Below are positions 53,809-64,000 of a stretch of 64,000 nucleotides of DNA, one piece after another (within the stretch, counting starts at the first letter, position 1; each line of letters opens with the position of its first letter). This DNA is from Octopus sinensis (taxonomy: Eukaryota): assembly GCF_006345805.1 (NCBI RefSeq), contig NC_043003.1, positions 32,550,001 to 32,614,000 of the forward strand, read 5' to 3'. The notes beneath the pieces were generated by a model, which saw only the letters and a program-made list of their open reading frames with translations, had not been told where the DNA came from and made no database searches. Made by a program: the position numbers and the translations under genes.

Positions 53809-53974
53809 AGACAAATCTGAAACATTAAAATGAAAAATGACCCAAAATTGTGTAGAAACAAAGCGACATAATCATATTTTAAATCACTTTTGAATTTGGA
53901 ATGAGATTTTTCTGTCTATTAGTTTGCATATTTTGTCTGCAATATTTCAGCAAAATATTATCGTTTTAATAAAA

Positions 53975-54755
53975 GTAAATATTGCTGACATCATACGAAT
54001 TTATAAACTTTGAGAGAACGTGAAATAGTTCTTTACTGGAAATGCAGATCTCGAAGCAGACACAGCTATTGCTAATAGTGTGTAAATATTGGATTAAAAA
54101 GTTGTTGACGTCATCAGAATTTATAAACTTTGAGAGGGAAAACGAACGGGTGATCGATCGCAGAAGGCACGAACTCGAGCAACGACGTTCCAGATATGAC
54201 ATCGGCCAGCAAGGCAGCAACAGACTATAAGCTTCCGTGACGTACCAGCAGGCGGAGGGTGTCGGGGAAATGCGGTGGAAGACGTGATGACGACGTCGTC
54301 AGGACGTAAGCGAAACGGAGGCGCTGTTCCCGAAGCGGTTACGGTAACAGACAAGTCTCACGGAAAGCCTTCGACTTTTTCTTTCCAAGGGGTTTTTTAA
54401 TCTAATATCTACACGCTATTATTAATAGTTTTCGAGATCCGCTTTTCCAATAAAGAATTATTTCATGTTCTCTCAAAGCATGACAGTGGGGTTCTACTAT
54501 TGGGCCAAAGTAATCTTTCGTACTGCACTTTCCAGTTTAGAAACATTTTTCTTACACGCGAGAATTGTATATTTGTTGACGTCATAAGAATTAATAAAGG
54601 GAATTAGATCTTTAACATATATGTGTTTGAAACCAAGGAGCAACCTTCGACATTTTCCTATCTAAATGTATGTTTTTTTTTTACCCAATATTTACATGCT
54701 ATCATTTATAGCTTTGTCTGCTTCAAGATCCACCATTCAAAAACAAGAATTATTG
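53975..54755. repeat. Foldback-like composite repeat around a GC/CpG-rich core
   Basis: 54008-54100 is inverted to 54393-54478, with a third copy at ~54675-54755. TGAC(G/A)TCAT..GAATT recurs at ~53987, 54107 and 54577. Confidence 0.7.
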
Positions 54756-55359
54756 ATGGATATATTTATAAATTTATAACAGTATTTTCTGGCAGCCTAA
54801 AAAGTTTAGTCGTTGCTGGGATAGGTTGATTAAAAGTTCTTGCTTCAATCCGAGGGTTTTGACTTCTTGAGGGAGTCGTATTTTAATTTTGGAGATTATT
54901 GCTGATCAAAATATCTGTATGGCTTCAATTAGGGAGAGTGATAGAAGGCAATGTTATTTTGATAACAAATATTGCCGCATAACGTCGTAATAATATAACC
55001 AAGCTTGTTTGATAAGGCGAGTGGCTTCCGATGGACTACAGAACAAAGATTTAAAGCTGTCAAAGGCCGAATAAACTCGGTAGAATCAATGGCCATCCAA
55101 AAGCTAGGAGTGAGAAAACCTAGTCTTTATTAGATATCTTTATAGGAGAAGGAAATTCCGAAATAAAATCTACCTTATTGCGAAGTTGGAGATATTGCTC
55201 CTGCTTGTTTTTAGACTAATTCGTTTTTATAAGCGACAGTCTTAGATGTGCTGAGCGAGTTGTTATTAACTTAAAATTTCAACACAAGCATTTCTTACAG
55301 CCATTGATTTTAACATCTCGGATGATACAATTTTTCAGTGATAGTCATACGCAGTTACA

Positions 55360-55850
55360 CTTGCTTGAGACATTTCTGGACCTCACGGAGCGCTCTCTGA
55401 GTGAGGAAGCAGAATCTATTTGCCATAGTGTCGTTTGGGTCAAGACATATATCCAGTCCTTCGCTGTCTTCTCGAATAACTCCACCTTACGGCATTAGCA
55501 GTTGTGGATTCATCGGACAAGGGTGTTTGGTCTGCCAATATCTGTGCAGGAGATCAAAGGTTGGGATTTTTATGTTTCTACTCTTCCATATCCTGTCGTA
55601 TAGATGTGAAACTTGAACACTGTCCGGGACCGTCAGGAGTCGCCTGAATAGCTTTGGTATCAGGACACTTCGCAAGATTATGGGTTACCATTGATTGGAT
55701 TTCGCACCCACCCAACAACTCTATTCAGAAACTGGGATGGGTCCGCTTACTTGTATGATTAGGGACTACCACCTCACAGAGTTTGACCAATTTTCCGAGC
55801 GAGACCCTGCTCTCGAATGAGACCCTGCTTCCAACAGAGACCCTGATGAT
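55360..55850 (+). pseudogene. RTE-clade LINE post-RT fragment
   Basis: LCRRSKVGIFMFLLFHILSYRCET*TLSGTVRSRLNSFGIRTLRKIMGYH*LDF. Confidence 0.8.
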
Positions 55851-55854
55851 CCAG

Positions 55855-56294
55855 TTTGCGGTGCAGTTTAACCAAATTCGGGTATCTTATAGTCGTGATT
55901 CATATCAAGCCCGTCTGAGTATTAGCGCGCGTCTACGATGAGTCTACGATTTTAAAAATAATTTAACATAATTTTTTATTCCATTTTAATGCATAATTTT
56001 TCGTGTGTCGATGGCGGTGAGTTGGCGTCCATGGTCACACCTGCACCTGTTTGCTTCTCCCCCTTCTTCCCTCCCTCGTGAAGCTGTGGGGAAGGGAGTG
56101 TAAGGAAATCAACGTCGTAAAGCGTTGTCAAGGAGACCAGCGTTCTTTTAGAACAACGACTTCATGGCTTGAAGACACCAAAACAGAAATGGCTAAGAAA
56201 GCCCGAATTGGCATCTATAAGGGAAGTAACTCTCTAAAAATGCTTATATAGTTATTTCCCTTACAAACCCGAGCAACGCCGGGCGATACTGCTA

Positions 56295-56295
<1 letters not shown>
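55855..56295 (+). mobile_element. Non-autonomous Helitron, 5'-truncated
   Basis: Ends with a CCCGAGCAACGCCGGG hairpin and GCTAG before a TA tract. Reverse-complement homologue of 60441-60937. Confidence 0.85.
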
Positions 56296-56331
<36 letters not shown>

Positions 56332-56335
<4 letters not shown>

Positions 56336-56491
56336 CACGGTCCCAGAAATTTTTCCAAGGTTGGACACATGGTCAGAAGAGAATACAATTCCAGGAAAAA
56401 ATAGCGTAATAACATTATTTAGAAGGGCGCACTTCTCTTTTTGACGGGGCACATATGCTCATCAGGGCCCCCCCCCCACGAATCCGCCTCG
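56332..56491. mobile_element. Small MITE-like element with decayed GGCGGATCC-type ends
   Basis: TAGGCACGGTCCCAGAAATTTT ... CCCCCCCACGAATCCGCCT. Confidence 0.45.
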
Positions 56492-57589
56492 ATATATACA
56501 GGTATATACATATATACATACATATATATATATATATATACTTTATATAATTTAATGTAATGTACACAGTGTAAAGATACGAACTACTAATAGTTTTTGG
56601 CTACTACTAGTAAGCTTTACACTGTGTACATTGAATAATATTTAACTCTTGGTTGAGGGAATGTTTTTGTTTATTGATCTTGCCTTAACGGATCAGTAAA
56701 CCATATATATCTATATTTGTTTGTGTGTGTATGTGTGTGTATATATACACACACCAAATGTATTAAATATATACATATATACTTATGTCTATTTATGTAT
56801 ATATATATACGTAACATATACACGTGTGTGTGTGTTTCGTTTATCCCCCAACACCGCTTGAAACCGATGTTGATTTACTTACGTCTCGGTAACTTTGGGA
56901 GTTGACATAAGAGACCGGTAAAACAAGTAACGGGTTTGATATAAGTACTGGGTTTCGATTTCTTCGACGAAAACCATCATGTGTGGTGCTCCAGGATGGC
57001 CGCAGCCCGACGACCGAAACAAATAAAAGCCGTAAAAGTTACGTACAGACGCACATCTTGGAATACGCTGTTCCACTGCTACATACACACAGGTAATCCG
57101 AATTATCTACGATGCCATTGTTTGTTGTTTTCTATTCTTCAACCGAGGAAAGCTTTCCTTTACAATTTCGGTTAGTTTACTCCAAGTATTTTACCAATAT
57201 ATCATTATTATTCCCACGCAAAATCCAAACAATATCCGGCTCACCATTTACGTCACAACATAGAGCTATCCTACACCGATTGTATTATAATCTTCAGGCA
57301 GTTTCATTCTTCGGTATATGTGAGTAAATGATAACTAAATCAATAAATTATTTACGTCCTTCTATACTTTAGCTTTATATCCGACTATACTCTATATTTA
57401 TATGTGATTTTAATTTTTTTTAAATTTTACTTTTGATTTTGTACATACGTAAACTAGTGTTCATTTTATTGGTTGTGTTTTCAATGCAATAAACGCCCCT
57501 AGGTATTTTTTATCTTTGTTTTATCAAGCCAATCAGTTTTCTTTTACTAAAATCACAGACACACACACACACACATATTATATATATAT

Positions 57590-57622
<33 letters not shown>

Positions 57623-57694
57623 TCGTTTATTCTTTTACTTGTTTTAGTCTTTTGACTGAAGCCATGCTGCATCACTACCTATGTATATGTATAT

Positions 57695-57803
<109 letters not shown>

Positions 57804-57925
57804 TGTGTATTACTACCTATGTATATATGTGTATGTATACATGCCTACATATATACATACAGATACATTCATATACACACATATACATATGCATATATAT
57901 ATGTGTGTGTGTGTGTGTCTGTGTA

Positions 57926-57967
<42 letters not shown>

Positions 57968-57970
<3 letters not shown>

Positions 57971-59235
57971 GGCTTGGACAAAATAATGGAAACACCTTAA
58001 AATTTCAAACAAATTTATTCTAATATGGGATAGGACTGCCTTTGGCAGTAATTACAGCTTGAATTCTACAAGGTATAGACTCGTACAAAGTTTGAATTGT
58101 TTCCAAAGGAATGTTGTCCATTCTTCATCTAAAACTGTCTCCCGTTCTTGTAGTGATGATGGTGGAGGATATCGACTCCTTACTTGTTTTTCTAGAATGC
58201 ACCATAAATGTTCAGTAATATTGAAATCTGGGAACTGTGGTGGCCAGATAAGATGTTCAACTTCACTAGAATGTTCCTCGTGCCGTTCAGTAATAACTTT
58301 GTCTGTGGGAATTGGTGCATTATCATCCTGAAAGACTGCGTTCCCCTACGGATAAAATTCCGCAACCATAGAATGAATTTGATCAGATAAAATGCTTAAA
58401 TAGTCTTGACTATTAATTCTGCCATGAAGGGAAACCATTGGACCAGCGGAGTTCCAAGATATAGCCCCGCAAATCATCACAGATCCTCCTCTATGTTTAA
58501 CAGTTGGAAGAATGCAGTCTGGGTCAAATGCTTCTTTTGGCTGTCTCCACACGTATACTCGGCCGGTGATTGGAAATAAAGTAAAGGATGACTCGTCCGA
58601 GAAAATAACATTCTTCCACTGCTCTAGGGACAAATTCTGTAGGTTTTTACTCCACTCTTAATGCTTTGCAATGTTTGATTTTGCAAGTAGTCGTTTTCTG
58701 ATTGCAGCCCTCCCATGAAATCCGGCTTTGTGTAGCTCCCGGCGAACAATTTTTGTGGAAACTGGGTTCTCGAGGTAGTCATTAAGCTCTGTGGTAATTC
58801 TGGGAGCTGTGCTTTTGAGATCCTTTCTAACAATCCCCGTAAGAGTCCGACGGTCCCTATCTGAAAGTTTTGGTTTTCTTCCGGAGATTGTCTCGACGAA
58901 GAGTTTTTTCCCTTTTACTCAAAGGCTGTCACTACTTTCGAGACAGTACTTATTGATACACCAAACATTTCAGCTGTTTTCGTTACACGAGTGCCAGTCA
59001 TACAAGCACCAACTACTTGACCTTTTTGAAAGTCCGATAGATCTGTCATTTTAATGGATTTTAATTACCTTTTTCTGATGATATCCGAAAAGAAGCAACT
59101 ATTTTAGCAAAACATATTAAGCAACACTAATAATAAATCAAAAACCTTAAAAATAAACAATCTTTTGACGTTTGTAAAGATATTTCAAAATTATGGGGTT
59201 ACGATGTTCGGTGTTTCCACTAATTTGTCCAACTC

Positions 59236-59238
<3 letters not shown>
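57968..59238 (-). mobile_element. Near full-length Tc1-like transposon with TA flanks and 29-bp TIRs; disrupted DD36E transposase (~59049-58020)
   Basis: TIRs CAGGGCTTGGACAAAATAATGGAAACACC and CAGGAGTTGGACAAATTAGTGGAAACACC. Peptides MTDLSDFQKGQVVG, WKNVIFSDESSF and FQDDNAP...WPPQFPDFNITEHLW. Internal stops and frameshifts. Confidence 0.93.
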
Positions 59239-59290
<52 letters not shown>

Positions 59291-59319
59291 ATATATATAT
59301 TCTTTTATTCTTTTATTTT

Positions 59320-59574
59320 TTTACTTATTTCAGTCATTTGACTGCGGCGGCCATGCTGGAGCACCGCCTTTAGTCGAGCAAATCGACCCCAGAACTTATT
59401 CTTTGTAAGCCTAGTACTTATTCTATCAGTCCCTTAAGCCGAACCGCTAAGTTACGGGGACATAAACACACCAGCATGGGTTGTCAAGCGATGTTGGGGT
59501 GAGACAAACACAGACACACAAACATACACACACCCAAAAACACACACACACACACACACCCCTTTATATAAATT

Positions 59575-59623
<49 letters not shown>

Positions 59624-59852
59624 GATATCAGTAGCCACTACACACATTATTTTCCTCTCCTTGTTTCTTTCTGTGTTCCTTTCTGTGGAAGAGCGTAGGC
59701 TCGAAACGTTAAAGAATTTTTCAATTCCCGAGCGTTATACTCACACATCTGTTTTTTTTCTACACCCCACTGTCTTCGTCTTTAGTCTTTTTCGTGAATT
59801 CTCCCCATATATATATATATATATAATATATATATATAATATATATATATAT

Positions 59853-59896
<44 letters not shown>

Positions 59897-60031
59897 GGCT
59901 TCTTTCAGTTTTTGTCTACCAAATCTACTCACAAAGCTTTAGTCGGCTCGAGGCTATAGCAGAAGGCACTCGCGCAAGGTTCCACACAGCGGTACTGAAC
60001 CCGGAATCTTGTGGTTGGAAAGCAAGTTTCT
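59320..60031 (-). mobile_element. SINE family A, full-length, interrupted in its microsatellite by a Penelope-like fragment
   Basis: Tail at 59320-59520 and head at 59893-60031, both reverse complements of 38143-38533. Confidence 0.85.
59630..59806 (+). mobile_element. Penelope-like terminal fragment with variant hammerhead-like motif
   Basis: CTTT-CTGTGGA-A-GAGC(GTAG)GCTC-GAAA-CG-TT-AAAG. Homologue at 222-420. Confidence 0.55.
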
Positions 60032-60380
60032 TTATTTCATAAAATTGGCCATATAGACCTCACACAGAAGAAGCTTGTGGGCTGGACATAGACAAGATGA
60101 GATGAAATGAAACAAAATGATACAGATGAGCAGGATGTCGGCGCCCACCGACCGACAAACGCTCGAATACAATGTTTCCTTCAAAATTATACATAGATAT
60201 CAATTAAAACAATCCTCCTTGTCAGGGCCCCCAAGCAAAGTGACTTGCCGCCTGCAGACAACTCTGCATCGACAGGTCGGAGCGGAAAGCAATCTTCTTA
60301 CCACACAGCTACGCCTGCGCCTTATCATTTTTAATTTAAGTATATATATAATATACGATATAATATGATATCATAGATAT

Positions 60381-60440
<60 letters not shown>

Positions 60441-60441
<1 letters not shown>

Positions 60442-60937
60442 TAGCAGTATCGCCCGGCGTTGCTCGGGTTTGTAAGGGAAAAACTATATAAGCATTTTAG
60501 AGAGTTATAGCCAAAAAATAGCAAAAAATGCATTAAAATGGAAAAAAAACGATGGTAAATTTTTTTTTAAATCGTAGACTCATGTAGACGCTTTCTTAGC
60601 CATTCTCTTTTGTGTCTTCAAGCCATGAAGTCGTTGTCTAAAAGAACGCTGGTCTCCTTGACAACGCATTACGACGTTGATTTCCTTACGACGTTGATTT
60701 CCTTACACTCCTTCCCCACAGGTGCAGGTGTGAGCGTGGACGCCAACTTCACCGCCATCGACACACGAAAAATTATGCATTAAAATGGAATAAAAAATAA
60801 TACTCAGACGGGCTCGATATGAATCACGACTATAAGCTACCCGAATTTGGTTAAACTGCACCGCAAAATGTGGGAGTAGTTAGGAATCTAATCGAAGGGG
60901 ACAGACACTCACACAACTACAGTTTTATATATATAGA
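60441..60937 (-). mobile_element. Complete ~500-bp non-autonomous Helitron
   Basis: Minus strand starts with TC (TCTATATATATAAAACTG) and ends with hairpin CCCGAGCAACGCCGGG plus CTAG. Inserted between A and T inside (TA)n. Confidence 0.88.
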
Positions 60938-61009
60938 TATACATAGCGCAGTAGTGGTGAGATGTGACAGCAAAGAAAAGCATACATTCACTCTCTGCAT
61001 GCAATTAGA

Positions 61010-61548
61010 CTCGGAAAGTTCGTGAGGAACCCATTGACCCAATTTGCTGACTTTTCCGATAGCACACAGGTCTCAATGAATGGTTGAATGACCAATCCAA
61101 GCTTCTCTGCTAGTTCCTGAACAGTTACGATGAGATTTTGTTCCACCAGGGTTTTCAGGATGTCCTGTCGAGTTCTACAGATCTTCAGGATGAGGCTCGT
61201 CTTCTAGGCTGTAGTTTATGGCTCGGAATTTCTGGAACCACCATTGACACTGCCTTACGCTTATTGTCCAACCCCCATATACTGCATTAATATTTCTTGT
61301 TGTACTTTCCGTTGCGTTGTTGTCTTTATTGAACTCATAAAGCAAAATATGCCAAATATGCTCTTTGTTACTTCCAACATAGCTTTGAAAAAAATAGCTG
61401 TTAAAATCGAAATGCACTCTTCAAAACTTGCACTATGAATAAGGACAAGATAAAATACTACTACCTGCTTTTATAGCAAGTTAATATAAGTAGTTATCCC
61501 ATTCCCCTCTGACTTTTAGTTCAAGCTGTTGAAAAAACCGCATTATTA
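61010..61548 (-). pseudogene. mariner (Mos1/Hsmar-like) 5' fragment
   Basis: KEHIWHILLYEFNKDNNATES...NINAVYG...VRQCQWWFQKFR..NYSLEDEP, then NPGGTKSHRNCQELAEKLG. Confidence 0.85.
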
Positions 61549-62210
61549 TATATATATACATACATACATACATACATACATATACACACACACACACTCT
61601 CTCTCTCTCTCACACACATGCACACATTATATTCTGTTATTCTTTATATGTTTCAGCCCTTGAGTTGTGGCCATGCTGATCATGTGGTGGTGTGTGTGGT
61701 GTGGTGTGTGTTGTCTACTGTCTGTCTGTCTGTATGTATATATGTAATGTATGTGTGTGAACAACAATATTTTCAACAGAATGTGTTGCAAATGTATCTG
61801 ATTGTTCTCAAGCTTCAAATTTACTCTCTTCCAAGAACATTTTCACTCACTCTTATTTGTTAGCTTCCCATACATTTTACTCATGTATCTATCAGCGTTC
61901 ATGGACAGTAACAAATATTACATTAGTTTCATTTTATTCGTTACACAGTGTGTGTGCGTTGTTGCGTGTGCTGTAAACCAGACTAAGAAAAGCATTGACA
62001 CACACACCAGAATGTGAGTTTTCTGTAAATTTTGCTTATTGGAGTTTAAATTTTAAAACTGGAGCTGGCATGACGCGATGCATTGTACTCTTAAAATTGC
62101 TAGGTAAATTGTAATTGAAGAAATCCTATATTGTAGATTTGTAAACTCCCAAGGGAGGCAGATAAAATCTGCCTTTTATAATAAGAGATATATATATATA
62201 TATATATATG

Positions 62211-62833
62211 ATATAAGGTATATTAGCCAACTGAATATGGCTAGGGACAGGGCAGGGTGGTGGGGGTGTCACTGTTGCATTTAGCCCCAGGCGAACATCA
62301 ACGTCACCAGATAGGCCGACGCCATCACGCGGCTCCCTCTATCTTGCAAAGGGAGATCATCCACCAAGAAGCGGATACCACACGGACCTAGGTTTCAAGG
62401 TGTATTGCCTATTATCAACGTGTGGTAGGCATCGCTTCTCGATGAACGACCAACCGTGCAAGATATATATAAGGATTTTCAAGTAAATACATTTACTGAT
62501 TTCGAAAATCTGTTCGACAGCAATAATAATTCTCTAAATGAGATATAGACAGTGACTGCTCCATAATATAAGGGATATTAGCCAACTGAATATGGCTAGG
62601 GACAGGGCAGGTCCGTGTGTGGTATCCGCTTCTTGGTGGATGATCTCCCTTTGCAAGATAGAGGACGCCGTGATGGCGTCGGCCTATCTGGTGACGTTGA
62701 TGTTCGCCTGGGGCTAAATGCAACAGTGACACCCCCACCACCCTGCCCTGTCCCTAGCCATATTCAGTTGGCTAATATCCCTTATATTATGGAGCAGTCA
62801 CTGTCTATATCTCATTTAGAGAATTATTATTGC
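62211..62833. mobile_element. Retrozyme-like element: 1.1 copies of a 355-bp monomer on the minus strand, fused head-to-head to a partial plus-strand copy
   Basis: TATTAGCCAACTG at 62221 and 62576 (period 355). 62520-62610 is inverted to 62742-62832. 62211-62389 is inverted to 62609-62787. Confidence 0.82.
62367..62439 (-). ncRNA. Type I hammerhead ribozyme with U3-A8 core variant
   Basis: AGAAGCG.ATGCC.TACCACACG-TTGATAA-TAGG(CAATACA)CCTT-GAAA-CCTAGG-TC-CGTGTGGTA.TC.CGCTTCT. Perfect 9-bp stem I, palindromic stem III ACCTAGGT, GUC triplet. Confidence 0.8.
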
Positions 62834-63099
62834 TATATATATATGTATTTACATATACACATATATATATTTATATAATACATACATATTCATATATTTA
62901 TATCTAATATATATATATATGTGTGTATAAGTGTCTGTACACACACTCACACACGTACACACACATGATATATTCCAGTTGTTTTGAGATGTTTTTTAGA
63001 CGAGGCAATTATAACTATACCAATTTATTTTAATTTTAGTATATCATTACTATACATCAAATAAACTATTCTGCTAACTTTTCTTCTTGAAGGAGAGGC

Positions 63100-63440
63100 T
63101 GTTAGAGCACTTTGAACACACCCTACTAAGCACTGATTACCTCAGCTGAATAGTTTGCAGAATGCAGTCGGGATGCTTGGAAACCTGCTATGAAATAGTT
63201 ACTTGTGTTAAACTGGATAAAAGAATGCTACAGAAACGCATGAAATGTTCTGGAGAGTTTATAAATTAACTTTTCCGTTGGTACAAGAACTTCAATGGTG
63301 GCAGAGGGGAGGTAATAGACGATGAACGTTGTGAGAGGGAGACGGATATCAGAACATCAGAGCTGTTTGAGAAAATCTGCAATTCTCTCGAAGACAGTGT
63401 GTCGGTAAAGACAATAGTCATAAAGTATGGATTCACTTTG
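63100..63440 (+). pseudogene. mariner 5' fragment, decayed
   Basis: NATETHEM and FRWYKNFNGGR..VIDDER peptide echoes. Confidence 0.6.
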
Positions 63441-63539
63441 GTAACTTTGGTAACCACAATCTTACGATCATGATGCTGACACCCTAACCACTAAGCCACG
63501 CACCTCGACTATGTTACAACAAGTGCATTGAAAGTAGAG

Positions 63540-64000
63540 CAGCGATTCTTATATTTCTTAATTGAAAAAAAAAATGATTTCTTCAAAACATAGATATATA
63601 ATTTATTAGTGCGCAAAATTAACCATGCATCAGTTTCACATAAAATCACTGTGTTCAGAGAACAAAACCAACAAAACATGAATTTCACTCAAAAACATAA
63701 CTCAATGAATATTTACTGCAAATAAACGTGACTTTTGCTGTTGTCTTTCAAATGCAAGTTTAGAAATGCGCGGCTTCACCAGGGCAAGTGCCATTCTCAT
63801 ATGTTTGCAGCAAAATCTGTTCCTTTTCTTAGTTTTCATGTCAACCATCCTCGAAAAGGATTGTTCACAAAGATACGTTGTAAGAAACGGTGTATCTCAA
63901 GATCTTTCTTGGCAAGAAGAGGGTATGTTATGATTTGGTGACACCGAAAGGTTGAGAGCGTTATTGTTCTAAAGAAGCTGGCTCTGCTGAAGTTCAATGA
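63540..64000 (-). mobile_element. hAT (Buster/Charlie-like) 3' end with C-terminal dimerisation domain; runs off the window
   Basis: Minus strand encodes YPLLAKK...TYLCEQSFSRMVDMKTKKRNR...MRMALALVKPRISKLAFERQQQKS. TIR-like CAGCGATTCTTA at 63540. Confidence 0.85.

Noticed and set aside
59076-59092. CTGATGA-TATCC-GAAA
   Set aside because: No stems form, and it lies in the Tc1 5' UTR. A chance match.

Overview
AT-rich, microsatellite-dense animal DNA. The SINE and repeat content most resembles an octopus/cephalopod genome (inference). I cannot support any host protein-coding gene; almost all ORFs in the track are translations of (TA)n/(CA)n/(TACA)n/(GAT)n. The window is mostly decayed transposons: a Helitron PIF1 remnant, two non-autonomous Helitrons, several Tc1/mariner remnants (one near full-length with DD36E spacing), a hAT end, Tx1/L1 and RTE LINE fragments, three tRNA-like SINE families and MITEs. 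It also holds a ~6.6 kb multi-module, repeatedly inverted satellite at 30.3-36.9 kb. The best signal is a set of minimal type I hammerhead ribozyme motifs in non-coding Penelope-like/retrozyme-like elements. Two diverged copies of one ~354-bp monomer (48.7-49.1 kb and 62.2-62.8 kb) are terminally redundant, and their plus-strand copies share a 3' end. One carries a compensatory U3-A8 catalytic core. These features point to a self-cleaving, probably circular-RNA-based mobile element family.
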